Shown in pieces: positions 40,286-50,635 of a stretch of 64,000 nucleotides of DNA (position 1 is the first letter of the stretch; the number at the start of each line of letters is the position of its first letter). The notes beneath the pieces were generated by a model that was given only the letters and a program-made list of their open reading frames with translations, ran no database searches and was not told where the DNA came from. The translations under genes were made by a program, and so were the position numbers. Source of the stretch: an uncultured delta proteobacterium (GTDB taxonomy: Bacteria > Desulfobacterota > Desulfobacteria > Desulfobacterales > JAHEIW01); NCBI GenBank assembly GCA_963706575.1, contig CAVPNL010000004.1, positions 160,001 to 224,000 of the forward strand. The letters run 5' to 3'.

Positions 40286-40702
40286 ATGAAAGATAGAAGT
40301 AAAAATTCATATACAACAGCGCACCTGTTTGTATCGGCCATCCGGGTCTGGGAATATCAAAACGATACCCCCCCGGCATTAGAAGAAATAAGTCATATGC
40401 TGGCGATGTCAATTGAACGCACCAATTATATCTGCCGAAAACTGAAGGAAATGGGAATTGTCGACAGCGTCGAGGGGTCATTTGGAAATCGGCTGTTTAT
40501 CCGTGACCATTTGAGAATCGAAGAAATCCCGCGCGAAGATGATGAAAGCAAACTGGAAGAGGAACTTAAGAAATTTAAAGAATCCCAGAAAGGGCTTTCA
40601 CAAAAAATTGAAACCATTCAGGCCAAACAGGCACAGAAGAAAAAAGATCTGTTTGCCGAAATGGAGAAAAAACTTAAACAGGAACTGGATAAAAAAGTAT
40701 AA
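40286..40702 (+). CDS. Hypothetical winged-helix protein with a coiled-coil tail
   Basis: LEEISHML...YICRKLKEMGIV followed by a K/E-rich helix. Confidence 0.7.
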   Translation: MKDRSKNSYTTAHLFVSAIRVWEYQNDTPPALEEISHMLAMSIERTNYICRKLKEMGIVDSVEGSFGNRLFIRDHLRIEEIPREDDESKLEEELKKFKESQKGLSQKIETIQAKQAQKKKDLFAEMEKKLKQELDKKV

Positions 40703-40720
40703 AAGTGAATGGGGATTTAA

Positions 40721-41191
40721 ATGGACATTGGTAGGCCCGGTCAACAACAGACCTATTATCGCAAAGTGATTCGCAAGGATCATGACCAGATATCCCTTGA
40801 TGCGGACATGATACGCCTGCTTATCGCCATCGATGAAAATAAGAGTCTGTATCAAATTGCCGATGAAGTCGATATGGGAGCCGACACACTGAAAACAAAT
40901 TTAAAAAAGTTGCTGCAACAGGGGCTAATTGAGCCCGTAAAAAAGGATCTGCCCGTTCTGGATAGGATTTTTTTACAGGCGCTTAAAATCAATCTATCGA
41001 AGGTGATCGGCCCCATGTCTGAAATTTTAATCGAAGAGGTCGTGTCGGAAATGGAATTAACCGGCCCCGGAATTCCGGTAGACCAGGCAGCGGAATTGAT
41101 TACATCGTTATCTCATGAAATACCCGATGATGGAAAGCGAATCGAATTTAAAAAATCCATGATGGATATCTTAAATAAAAAGCGAACCTAA
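40721..41191 (+). CDS. Hypothetical protein (wHTH plus C-terminal helical domain)
   Basis: KSLYQIADEV...LKKLLQQGLIEP; LSKVIGPMSEILIEE. Confidence 0.7.
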   Translation: MDIGRPGQQQTYYRKVIRKDHDQISLDADMIRLLIAIDENKSLYQIADEVDMGADTLKTNLKKLLQQGLIEPVKKDLPVLDRIFLQALKINLSKVIGPMSEILIEEVVSEMELTGPGIPVDQAAELITSLSHEIPDDGKRIEFKKSMMDILNKKRT

Positions 41192-41208
41192 ACGGAGGAA
41201 TACTAACC

Positions 41209-42555
41209 ATGATGGACATTAGTTGTGATGCCTGTGGGAAAAAATATCGAGTTGATGAAACGAAGATGAAAGGCGAACAAGCCAAGGTTAAATGCAAAGC
41301 CTGCGATAACATCATGGTCGTAAACAAGCCAGCACCCGAACCTGCTGATGAACCTTCATTTCCTCCTGAAATACCTGAACCTGTGGAATCTCAGGCAGCA
41401 CAAGTACCTGAGCGTGCCATTGAACGGCCGGCAGCACAACGCCGGGAGCCTGAAGACATCCCCACGCCAATTTACGGCGGCCAGAAGGTCCGATTCGGCC
41501 TGTTTGGTAAAATAATCACCGTCATGCTCATTGTCAGTTTGTTGCCGTTTGCAATTTTCTGGGGAATCACGCTGCGGGAAACCAATGAACGCATTCGCAC
41601 GGACACCGAGGCATTGATGGCGCAAACAGCCCGGGGGCTGGGAAATCAGGTTGATGGCTGGATCGATAACAATGTGTCCATTCTGCGCACCGCAGCCAAA
41701 CTTTCAGAAATCACCACCATGGATGGGATACAACAAAAGCCGATTCTGGAAACGATTCAAAAACAATACCCGTGGATGTATCTGGTGTTTACCGTTGGCA
41801 CCGATGGCATAAATGTTGCCAGGAGTGACGATGTGCCGCTTAAGGACTACTCTGACCGACAATATTACAAAGATATTATGCGCGGCAAAAACCTCAGCTG
41901 GCAGACACTGATCGGAAAGACCTCCAAAAAACCGGCCCTTGTTCTATCAGTGCCCATCAAATCAGATGATCAAACCATTGGTGTCATGGCAGCCGCAATG
42001 ACCGTTGACGACATATCCAAAAACATTGCCACATGGAAAACCGGAAAGACCGGTCATGCCTTTTTGGTGGATGAGAAAGGCTATGTGGTCTCCCATCCCA
42101 ACCGGCAGTACGTGGCCAAACGCGAAAACCTAAACAGCCATCCTCTCATTGCCAATTATCGTAAAAAGGGTTGGACCACCATCACCACTCGATTTACCAC
42201 CTTGAACGACCAACCGGCCGTTGGTCATGTGCGCAGCAATAATTACGGGTGGGCACTGGCTTTGCAGCAGGAAGAAAGTGAGGTATTTTCGGCGCTGAAC
42301 CGGGTGCAAAAGTTTGCGCTGACCTTGCTGGGGTGTACCATTTTACTGGTATCCGTTATCGCCTGGTTTTCCGCCCGGGCAATCGTGACGCCGGTAATGA
42401 AATTGACCGATGCCGCCGAACGCATGAGCCTGGGCGAGCTGAATGTAAAAATTGATATTAAATCCAGAGATGAGATCGGTTTGCTGGCACAGGCGATTGG
42501 ACGCATGCAGACCAGCTTAAGGCTGGCGATGAATCGCCTCCGACGCAAACGCTAA
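41209..42555 (+). CDS. Zinc-ribbon (MJ0042-like) + TM + dCache + TM + HAMP sensor protein with no output domain
   Basis: CDACGKKYRVD...CKACDN; YSDRQYYK in the Cache domain; ends immediately after the HAMP motif RDEIGLLAQA. Confidence 0.85.
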   Translation: MMDISCDACGKKYRVDETKMKGEQAKVKCKACDNIMVVNKPAPEPADEPSFPPEIPEPVESQAAQVPERAIERPAAQRREPEDIPTPIYGGQKVRFGLFGKIITVMLIVSLLPFAIFWGITLRETNERIRTDTEALMAQTARGLGNQVDGWIDNNVSILRTAAKLSEITTMDGIQQKPILETIQKQYPWMYLVFTVGTDGINVARSDDVPLKDYSDRQYYKDIMRGKNLSWQTLIGKTSKKPALVLSVPIKSDDQTIGVMAAAMTVDDISKNIATWKTGKTGHAFLVDEKGYVVSHPNRQYVAKRENLNSHPLIANYRKKGWTTITTRFTTLNDQPAVGHVRSNNYGWALALQQEESEVFSALNRVQKFALTLLGCTILLVSVIAWFSARAIVTPVMKLTDAAERMSLGELNVKIDIKSRDEIGLLAQAIGRMQTSLRLAMNRLRRKR

Positions 42556-42705
42556 AAGAGGAGCACTCCGCGCACTTCCTGTGCTCCGTTTAAGGAGCGC
42601 TTCGCTCGATGAGCGCTTCGCTTGAGGTAAAAGGCAAGACAAAGATGGAATCTCTCAAACCTAAAGGTCCGCAGGACCGCTCCTCAAGGCCTGAAAGGCC
42701 ACTCT

Positions 42706-43140
42706 TTAGTTTGTAGTGCCGATGATGGTGACTTCGATGGTGCGTTGACGGGCCCGCTTGTCATGGTTGAGGGCCACAACCTGCTGCCAGGTTCCCAGCT
42801 TCAGGCGCCCTTTTCGAATCGGCAAGGCAATTGAGGGCCCCAATAGCGCGGCCTGCACATGACTGTGCCCGTTGCCGTCATGCCAAGCCTTTTCATGCTC
42901 ATATTCCAGGCCCGGTGGCGCCAGGCGATTGACAGCTGCCATTAGATCTCTGACCACCCCGGGTTCATATTCGATGGTCGTCAAAGAACCTGTCGACCCC
43001 ACTATTGTGGCTGACAGATTTCCATTCTCAACCCGCAAATCATCTAACAATTGCTCCAGCGCCGGTGTAATGTCACGGATGTCAGGCCCCGTATCCAGAC
43101 TGACTTTTACAGATTCATAAAAAATAGATAACGATTTCAT
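42706..43140 (-). CDS. YjbQ/UPF0047 family protein (secondary thiamine-phosphate synthase)
   Basis: GSTGSLTTIEYEPG, NGHSHVQAALLGPS, LGTWQQV; start at MKSLSIF with AGGAG RBS. Confidence 0.88.
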   Translation of the reverse strand: MKSLSIFYESVKVSLDTGPDIRDITPALEQLLDDLRVENGNLSATIVGSTGSLTTIEYEPGVVRDLMAAVNRLAPPGLEYEHEKAWHDGNGHSHVQAALLGPSIALPIRKGRLKLGTWQQVVALNHDKRARQRTIEVTIIGTTN

Positions 43141-43377
43141 ATTTCTCCTTCCTAATCGGTAAAGTGGTGCAATTTGGTCAAAACAAAATAATCCTGGATA
43201 TTTAAATTCTATCGAAAATCTTTCATCTGTAATAATGAAATGGTTGAACCAGTGAATCAAGAAATATTTCTAAACTGGTATTTCATAGTAGCGGACAACG
43301 CTAGCAAAGATAAAGAGGTTGCAAATTTTGAGCAGGCTTATTAAAATTATAATCGAATCTGATTTAGGAGATCTGCT

Positions 43378-43866
43378 ATGAAAAAAATGTATAAATTAAT
43401 GGCAATTTTAACGGGTTTCTTTACCATCATTGTTCTCAATTTTTCAGCCCTTCAGGCCGGATTGATAGAGCCAACCCGATCCCTCAAAGCAACCGCTGAA
43501 GACCCGGGTCAGCTAACGGTATTCAGTGAACCGCCGGGTTTAAACATCAAATTGGATGGGAAATCCGTCGGACAGACGCCGATGCGAATTAATATGGTCG
43601 ATCCGGGGACCCACCAGTTGCAGGTCGGGGAGTCTGTCACCGAAATCTATGTCGAACCGGGCCAACCATTTCATATTAGCCTGTTTAAGAATAAATTTAT
43701 CCAATTCCAGGTTGCTAAAAAGGAAACATCAGGAGCCGGAAAAACATTCGCCTCTGAAACCCAGGCCCCGAAACCCTCCTCTGGTTATTTAAGGACAAAG
43801 GAAGAAAACCGTAAGGCCTGGGAACGGTGGATGCTTTTTGTCAATGGCAGTTCCAATCATTTTTGA
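43378..43866 (+). CDS. Exported PEGA domain protein
   Basis: Signal peptide; LTVFSEPPG...LDGKSVGQTP...PGTHQLQV. Confidence 0.8.
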   Translation: MKKMYKLMAILTGFFTIIVLNFSALQAGLIEPTRSLKATAEDPGQLTVFSEPPGLNIKLDGKSVGQTPMRINMVDPGTHQLQVGESVTEIYVEPGQPFHISLFKNKFIQFQVAKKETSGAGKTFASETQAPKPSSGYLRTKEENRKAWERWMLFVNGSSNHF

Positions 43867-44341
43867 GGACTGCTGCTTTGCCCCAAAGAATCCCATAATA
43901 CCTTCATTGATCAGCAGATCCTATCCATTTTTTGTCTGCTCCCGGGGTACCGGATCGGTTGATCTGCCAGCTGGGAATCGCTTAAGCTGCCCGTTTCTTG
44001 CTATCACATCAGACACCTTGTATTCCGTCAAAATTTAAACTGGCTATATCCTTTTATATACACCGCAGTGTTTTCAGGTATCAATAAAAGTCAAATATTA
44101 TCAGATAATTACGTCCTGTATCTCGATGGATGTATGTAAAAGTGTACAAAATCGGCCCCATTTCTTTTATGTAGCGTAAAAAAATGAATGGTTTTTCATT
44201 TTTTATAACAATATAACTATTTAATATATATATAATAACCATTTTTAACAAAAAATTGGTCGCCTGCTGATGAGATATTGGCAGGAAAATTGCTCTATAT
44301 TTTGTTCTTGTATATTTCCAACCTATTGGGCCTAGGGGGCA

Positions 44342-44857
44342 ATGAAGATGGAGCGCAGAAATCACCAACGCTATGGGGTCAAACCAGGCACTTTTGCCAT
44401 CCTCAGATCCACATCCATCGAATTGAGCAAGATAAAAGATATGAGCATGGGGGAGATTGCCTTTGCGGTGATCAAATCCAAACCCATTAAAATGGGTCAA
44501 ATAACCAATATCTCAAAAGATGGGCTGGCGTTTCATTACATCGATCGTCAGGATGGATCCAACAGCCTGTTTAAAATGGATATATTATTTGCCGGAGAGG
44601 CATTTTATCTGGATCGGCTACTGTTTAAGCCGGTTTTCGATATCCTGGTTGAAACAGATATCCCGCTAAATTCGTTTCCCATTCGAAAATGCGGTGTACA
44701 ATTTGGTGAACTGGATCACCGGCAACGATCTCAATTAGAATATTTCATCTGTAACCATACACTCGCTACAACCGATTTCAAGCCGGCGCTTCAGCCCTGG
44801 AATGATTCAAAAATGATGCTGTGTAAACCCAACGAAATGGTCGAATCAATCGTTTAA
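44342..44857 (+). CDS. PilZ domain protein
   Basis: ERRNHQR (RxxxR), NISKDG (D/NxSxxG), CGVQF. Confidence 0.8.
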   Translation: MKMERRNHQRYGVKPGTFAILRSTSIELSKIKDMSMGEIAFAVIKSKPIKMGQITNISKDGLAFHYIDRQDGSNSLFKMDILFAGEAFYLDRLLFKPVFDILVETDIPLNSFPIRKCGVQFGELDHRQRSQLEYFICNHTLATTDFKPALQPWNDSKMMLCKPNEMVESIV

Positions 44858-44869
44858 CCCGAACTGTTT

Positions 44870-45160
44870 ATGGCTCAATATGCTGCCCACCTGATGAAAA
44901 ATAAAAGAAAATATCCGCGAAAATTTTGTTCAGAGTCCTCATTTTTTGCAACCCGATACGGCGTTCACGAATGCTTCATAAAAAATCTGGGTAGCAAAGG
45001 CGCATTTATTGAAACCGATTTGTTTTTACCAGAGGGAAATATCGTGACAATCGCCTTGCCCGCTCGCGGGGCCGACAGCGGTCTCAAACTGAAAGGTAAA
45101 GTCGTATGGGCGGGTCAGTATGGATTTGGGATAGAATTTAGAGAATCCATCCTGATTTAA
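44870..45160 (+). CDS. PilZ domain protein
   Basis: NKRKYPR, NLGSKGAFIE, GKVVW, GFGIEF. Confidence 0.78.
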   Translation: MAQYAAHLMKNKRKYPRKFCSESSFFATRYGVHECFIKNLGSKGAFIETDLFLPEGNIVTIALPARGADSGLKLKGKVVWAGQYGFGIEFRESILI

Positions 45161-45318
45161 ATCATTGTTGCACACTATCATCAAAAAGATTCGAACATAA
45201 GAAGATAAGATGGTGCCATTCTGCCCTACGCCCGCATCTTTACCTCCGCAACCAGCCCTGTTATCCAATTCCAGCGTTCTTTACTAGAAGATAAAATCCC
45301 TGCCGCTGTAACACCGTC

Positions 45319-45342
45319 AAATTGTGAAATAAATTACACAAA
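45319..45342. promoter_or_regulatory. CRP/FNR-like binding site
   Basis: TGTGA-N6-TTACA at 45323-45338, upstream of the pilin gene. Confidence 0.4.
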
Positions 45343-45601
45343 CTGTGTCACTTTTTTTTCAAAGTCCGCCAGGCTACTAATTCGGATAGAAAGATAAGTG
45401 TTTATAATTAACTAAATATCTCATTATTTGTGTAATCGATTGGGTTTGCACGATTTTTGCTTCTAAGGAGAATTCAGGGGGGTATGTATTTTCTAAATCC
45501 CAAATATTTCCCTGGGGTTAAATCAATATTTCTATATAACTATATATCCATAAAAATGGAGCCGGAGCTGACATTTACACGGGAGATGAGGAAAGCATTA
45601 T

Positions 45602-45997
45602 ATGAATAAAAAAATGGATTGTCTGAACCAAAAGGGATTTACTTTAATTGAATTAATTTCTGTAATGATCATTATGGGGGTGGTTGCATCCGTATCCATT
45701 CAGAAATTTGATATCGTATCCGATACCGCAGGCGAAAGGGCATTACATTTGGGAATTAAAGAACTCAATATCAGAGAATCCTTAACATGGTCGAATGTTA
45801 AAATTTCCGGTGATGGATATTCCAATGATGAAGATCTATGGTCCCTGGTCGAACCGGATCTGGATCTGGGCGGCAAATATCGTTGGGACCCCGGTCCGGA
45901 TATATCCGCCGGGGGCACCCTGCACTTTGATTCGAATTCCATAGCGCTTAACCGGCAGCCATCAACAACGACATCAGCGGGTAAGTGGGAACCGTAA
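45602..45997 (+). CDS. Type IV pilin/pseudopilin with a prepilin N-methylation domain
   Basis: QKG/FTLIELISVMIIMGVVA. Confidence 0.88.
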   Translation: MNKKMDCLNQKGFTLIELISVMIIMGVVASVSIQKFDIVSDTAGERALHLGIKELNIRESLTWSNVKISGDGYSNDEDLWSLVEPDLDLGGKYRWDPGPDISAGGTLHFDSNSIALNRQPSTTTSAGKWEP

Positions 45998-46023
45998 TCC
46001 CATTTAGCCTGGCATCCGATCTG

Positions 46024-46058
46024 AAAAAGCAGGGTCGCTAAGCGGCCCTGCTTTTTTT
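46024..46058. terminator. Bidirectional intrinsic terminator
   Basis: aaaaagcagggtcgc-taa-gcggccctgcttttttt between convergent genes. Confidence 0.85.
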
Positions 46059-46064
46059 ACCTGT

Positions 46065-47447
46065 TTACAAGACCAGCGACTCAATAAATTCCAGCAGCTG
46101 GTTCAGGTTCTGGCAGGGGCGCACCTCGTCACAGTATTCCATATAGGTGCGCATTTCACTGTCGCCGCTATACCAGAAATAGGGTGTTTCTGGATTCAGC
46201 CAGATCACCCGCCGGCTTCTTTCGCGCATTTTGTCTAAAATTTTTTCTTCCGGATTGGTGTAATTGGTTCGCCCGTCACCGATAATGATCAGGGTTGTTT
46301 TTTTGTTGAGGATATCCAAGTAGCGGTTTTTAAACTGCCGAAAGGTCAACCCGTAGTCGGTTGCCGCGTTGTATTCAATATTGGCTTCTTTGAGAATTTT
46401 TTCAATGGCCTGATTGATTTCATGATCCTCAAAAACACGGGTCACCTCATCCAGTCCTGCTACAAATACAAAACTCCGCACCTGGGTAAAGCATTCCTGC
46501 AGCGAGTAAAGCATATTTAACATAAAGCGTGCCGCCGACCAGACGGATCCGGAAACATCACACAGGGCAACGATTTTGGCTTTTCGCTGCGGGTGACGGC
46601 GAAAGAACAGTTCAATCGGAATCCCTTGATAGCCTGCAGCCCGGCGAAGCGTTTTTTTGATATCTAACATACCCCTGCTACGGTGAGCATATCGTCTGCT
46701 GATGGTGTCTTTTAGCTTGCGCACCAGCTGCTCGATTACTTCCCGCATGGTTTCCACTTCTTTTTTGGTCAGGGATGCAAAATGAATCTCCCCCAGATGA
46801 TCCAGCCGCTGCCGATAAGATACATTTATATCAGTGGTATCTGCATATATCCGGCGGTCATGGGTTAACAGCCGGCGCGCACTTTCCAGACGGCTTTTAA
46901 AATGTGCGTCTAAATCCCGGCGTGCTTCCCAGTTTATCTGGTCCCGATTGTCGGCAAGAAACTGCTCCAGTGCCTTTTCAGCCGAATTGAGCCCCAGCAT
47001 GATATCAAGACGCCGTGTTACGGCCCCTAAATTGGACCCCAGACCGCGGTTTTGGTCGTCAGCATTTGCTCCGATCTGCTGAAGCTGTTCAAAATAAGGG
47101 AGGGGGTCGCCGTCTAAAAAATCAAGCACTGCCTGCAGGGTCTCATTTTCGTTTTCTGCCGGCGCCAGCGCGTGCAGAATATCGTGGATCTGTTCCGCCA
47201 GCGGTTCGGAACCGACGATTGAAGCATCCTGGCGCAGCTCGTGGAAAAACATTTGATAAAGGCGGTCAAAATGGTGCTGTTCCCTGCGGCTCTTGGCGAA
47301 ATTAGCGCGCAAGACCCCGGCAAACTGGGGCTCATCCATGATATCGACCAATCCCAATTGATCCAGGCAATCCAGCACCTCGGAGGTCGATACCCGCAAA
47401 CCCGCCGAGCGGGCGCAGGAGACGAATTTTAAAACCAGGTCAACCAT
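46065..47447 (-). CDS. VWA domain protein (CoxE-like)
   Basis: LCDVSGSV, TDYG, IIGDGRTNY, WLNPE. Confidence 0.88.
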   Translation of the reverse strand: MVDLVLKFVSCARSAGLRVSTSEVLDCLDQLGLVDIMDEPQFAGVLRANFAKSRREQHHFDRLYQMFFHELRQDASIVGSEPLAEQIHDILHALAPAENENETLQAVLDFLDGDPLPYFEQLQQIGANADDQNRGLGSNLGAVTRRLDIMLGLNSAEKALEQFLADNRDQINWEARRDLDAHFKSRLESARRLLTHDRRIYADTTDINVSYRQRLDHLGEIHFASLTKKEVETMREVIEQLVRKLKDTISRRYAHRSRGMLDIKKTLRRAAGYQGIPIELFFRRHPQRKAKIVALCDVSGSVWSAARFMLNMLYSLQECFTQVRSFVFVAGLDEVTRVFEDHEINQAIEKILKEANIEYNAATDYGLTFRQFKNRYLDILNKKTTLIIIGDGRTNYTNPEEKILDKMRERSRRVIWLNPETPYFWYSGDSEMRTYMEYCDEVRPCQNLNQLLEFIESLVL

Positions 47448-47451
47448 TGGA

Positions 47452-47553
47452 AAAATGCCTAAAGTTTGAAATGCCTAAAATGACTAAAATAAAAATGGGA
47501 TTTTAACGTTTTAAAACTTTAGGCATTTTAGATCATTTTAGGCATTTTAGTGC
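47452..47553. repeat. Nonamer inverted element (TGCCTAAAA / TTTAGGCAT)
   Basis: aatgcctaaagtttgaaatgcctaaaatgactaaaat ... ctttaggcattttagatcattttaggcatttt. Confidence 0.75.
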
Positions 47554-47558
47554 ATTTT

Positions 47559-48482
47559 TTATTTGACTATCTGATCCAGCTTATTCCCCACCAGATCCGC
47601 ATCAGCCTGATATTTGAGAATCACATTCAAAGTATCCCTGACCACTTCCGGAGACAGGTCTTCGATTTGAAGTGCAATCAGCGCTTGCGCCCAGTCCAGG
47701 GTTTCCGAAACACAGGGCTTCTTTTTCAGATCCAGATCCCGAATCTTGTGGATGGCATCGATCAACTGGTCGGCCAGCCGATCCTTAATCTGAGGAATTT
47801 TAAGCCGCACGATTCGCATTTCAAGGTCGCGGTCCGGATAATCAATATAAAGGTGGATACAGCGCCGCTTCAAAGCATCGCTCATATCGCGTGAATCATT
47901 TGAGGTTAAAAATACAAAGGGGATATTGCGGGCCGTGCGGGTGCCCAGTTCGGGAATGGATACCTGAAAGTCGCTCAGCACTTCTAAAAGAAACGCCTCG
48001 AATTCAGGATCGGATTTGTCGACCTCATCCACCAGCAAGACCACCGGTTTGGCGGATGAAATGGCCTGCAGCAGCGGTCGCGGTTGAATAAAGCGTTCTG
48101 AGAAAAACGCATCCTCCTGGGCCGCTATGCGATCCACTGCCTCCGGAAGATTTCGTGCGCCGGAAACCACATCATCAATTTTTTCTTTCACCATCTGAGT
48201 GTAAAGCAGTTGTTTGGCATACTCCCACTCATAAAGTGCTTTGGTTTCATCCAGTCCCTCGTAACATTGCAGGCGGATCAACTCACGTTCCAGGCTGCGG
48301 GCGACGGCCTTTGACAATTCCGTTTTACCCACTCCGGCAGGGCCTTCCACCAACACCGGTTTCTGGGTGGCCTGGGCCAAAAAAACAACCGTTGCAATCG
48401 TTTTTGAACAAATGTAGTCGGCTGCCTCCAGCGATGCGGCCACATGATCAACATCCTTAAATTTCTTCAATTTCTTACCCAT
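47559..48482 (-). CDS. MoxR family AAA+ ATPase (CoxD-like)
   Basis: EGPAGVGKT, RLQCYEGLD, LLVDEVDK, DALKRRC. Confidence 0.9.
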   Translation of the reverse strand: MGKKLKKFKDVDHVAASLEAADYICSKTIATVVFLAQATQKPVLVEGPAGVGKTELSKAVARSLERELIRLQCYEGLDETKALYEWEYAKQLLYTQMVKEKIDDVVSGARNLPEAVDRIAAQEDAFFSERFIQPRPLLQAISSAKPVVLLVDEVDKSDPEFEAFLLEVLSDFQVSIPELGTRTARNIPFVFLTSNDSRDMSDALKRRCIHLYIDYPDRDLEMRIVRLKIPQIKDRLADQLIDAIHKIRDLDLKKKPCVSETLDWAQALIALQIEDLSPEVVRDTLNVILKYQADADLVGNKLDQIVK

Positions 48483-48731
48483 TGAGATTCACCCTGCGAT
48501 AGCGTGCGGTTGACAAAAGTATTTCTTAAAACTTTCATAACACACTGCCCATCCAGATTAAAGATAATATACAAAAGAATAGTTGGTTCGTCTATTGGCA
48601 CGTTAGGGCCCAAACTGAAAGTGACGCAAAGAATTTAGACGATGCGCTGTTCCTTATAGCCGACAGATTTGATTTCTACTTAATATTGTAGTACTTCAAA
48701 AGCATGTTCATCACCCAGGGAGTCATCCATC

Positions 48732-50378
48732 ATGAAAAAAATTAGACGATTCCATCTTAAAAATGACATGCTGGCCGCCAATTTTTTAGCTAACTTTGTT
48801 GGGGTATTTTTAGTAAACGGCCTGTTAATTTTGGCCGAAGGAACTCCTCCCAAACAAATTTGGACGCACCCGGTTGCGTATTGGGTGGATGCGCTTTTTA
48901 CACCATTTGCATTTATTTTTGTTACAGTGGCAACCCTGGTTTATGAAAAACCGATTCGCCATTGCTTAAATGCATTTTTCACAGGAGAATCTGCCTCCCG
49001 GAATCTACAACGCAAAGCCAGCCGCCGCCTGCTAAATGAGCCATTTGTCCTCATTATGCTGGATTTGAGCATGTGGCTGCTCGCCGCCGTTGTTTATCCC
49101 GTGATACATTGGGCCTATGGTGGTGGTACGAACATGATTCAGCGCTCATTGTATCTGAATATCAGCACCGGCCTGATCACAATTACCATGGCCTTTTTTT
49201 TGCTGGAACATATTTTACAAAAGAAGCTTGCACCTCTATTTTTCCCCAATGGCGGCCTGACATCGATCCCTAAAACAATGCGCATACGAATTCGCACCCG
49301 CCTGGCCGCGCTGTTATTTGCCTGTAACCTGATTCCGCTGATATCAATCATGCTCATGATGATGCGAGTCGGCGGTCTCCATCAGGATGCAGTCACCACC
49401 CTGCAGCAGTTGCGAATATCCATATATATAAATGCTTTTGTTTTCTTAGGGATTGGCATATATCTGACAGGTCTGGTCAGCAAGAATTTAACCATTCCCT
49501 TTACGGAAATTATTCAGACCCTGCAGGGGGTCAGAAACGGTCGCTTTGATAAAAAGGTACAGGTCACCACCAACGATGAAATCGGTTATACCGGAGATGT
49601 CATCAACGAAATGACCGAAGGGCTAAAAGAGCGCGAGCGCCTGCAGCAATCCTTGGATATCGCCATGGAAGTCCAACAAAACCTGCTGCCCGCAAAAGCG
49701 CCTCAAATAGATGGCTTAGATATTGCCGGCATCAGCATCTATTGTGAGGAAACCGGAGGAGATTATTACGATTATCTATTGACCGGTGAAAACGGTCTGA
49801 AAAAGGTCTGCGTGGTGGTCGGCGATGTCGCCGATCACGGCATCCCATCGGCGTTGCTCATGACGACGGCGCGGGCTTTTCTGCGCCAGCGCACCTCGCG
49901 ATCGGGTGAACTGGATCAGGTGGTCTCTGACGTGAACCGGCAACTGACCCGGGATGTCGAAGATTCCGGACGTTTCATGACGCTGTTTATCTGTGAGATC
50001 GACCGCAGCAATGAGGTCATTCAATGGGTCAACGCTGGTCATGACCCGGCGATGATCTACGATCGTAAAAGCGGCGAGTTTGAAGAACTCAGCGGCAATG
50101 CTCTGCCGCTGGGTGTTTCCGAGATGACGGCCTATCAAAAATTTGATAAAAAGATTAACCCGGACCAGATCATCATGATGGGAACCGACGGCATCTGGGA
50201 GGCCCAAAGCCCGCAAGGTGAAATGTTCGGCAAAGAACGTTTTAAAGATATTATCCGGAATACTGCCGGTCGGTCGGCAAGAGATATCCTTCAGGCGGTT
50301 ATCAAAGAAGTCGACAGCTTCTGTCATCCGCTGGAAAAAACGGATGATGTCACTTTGGTGGTCACCAAAATTACGTAA
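48732..50378 (+). CDS. Membrane HAMP + SpoIIE/PP2C phosphatase (RsbU-like)
   Basis: Several TM segments, HAMP NDEIG, GGDYYD, GDVADHG, NAGH, TDG, DDVT. Confidence 0.9.
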   Translation: MKKIRRFHLKNDMLAANFLANFVGVFLVNGLLILAEGTPPKQIWTHPVAYWVDALFTPFAFIFVTVATLVYEKPIRHCLNAFFTGESASRNLQRKASRRLLNEPFVLIMLDLSMWLLAAVVYPVIHWAYGGGTNMIQRSLYLNISTGLITITMAFFLLEHILQKKLAPLFFPNGGLTSIPKTMRIRIRTRLAALLFACNLIPLISIMLMMMRVGGLHQDAVTTLQQLRISIYINAFVFLGIGIYLTGLVSKNLTIPFTEIIQTLQGVRNGRFDKKVQVTTNDEIGYTGDVINEMTEGLKERERLQQSLDIAMEVQQNLLPAKAPQIDGLDIAGISIYCEETGGDYYDYLLTGENGLKKVCVVVGDVADHGIPSALLMTTARAFLRQRTSRSGELDQVVSDVNRQLTRDVEDSGRFMTLFICEIDRSNEVIQWVNAGHDPAMIYDRKSGEFEELSGNALPLGVSEMTAYQKFDKKINPDQIIMMGTDGIWEAQSPQGEMFGKERFKDIIRNTAGRSARDILQAVIKEVDSFCHPLEKTDDVTLVVTKIT

Positions 50379-50401
50379 AGGCTATCTTAAAAATACAACA
50401 A

Positions 50402-50563
50402 GGAAAGTGCGCTAAAGTGAGAAGTGATCTAAATTGACTAAAGTTATGGAATTCTGCCCGTCGAGAGCCTCAGGGTCGAACGATCATTTTTATTAATGAT
50501 GGAGCATAGCGACGCCTTAACTTTAGGCACTCTAGGCACTTTAGCTCACTTTAGTCACTTTTT
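50402..50563. repeat. Nonamer inverted MITE-like element
   Basis: Homologous to 18920-19110; carries a single cccgtcgagagcctcagggtcgaacga module. Confidence 0.75.
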
Positions 50564-50635
50564 CATACGTTACACCAATTTATAAAACAGCATATAATTT
50601 GGATATTTAAATATTTACCGATAGAGGAGGAACGA

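Noticed and set aside
42557..42705. Palindrome-rich spacer (gagcgcttcgct repeats) as an ncRNA
   Set aside because: Single copy in the window between convergent genes; more likely another small repeat or terminator, not assignable
45446..45461. Sigma54 promoter for the pilin gene
   Set aside because: The -24 element reads TG rather than the nearly invariant GG, so it is not listed as a feature
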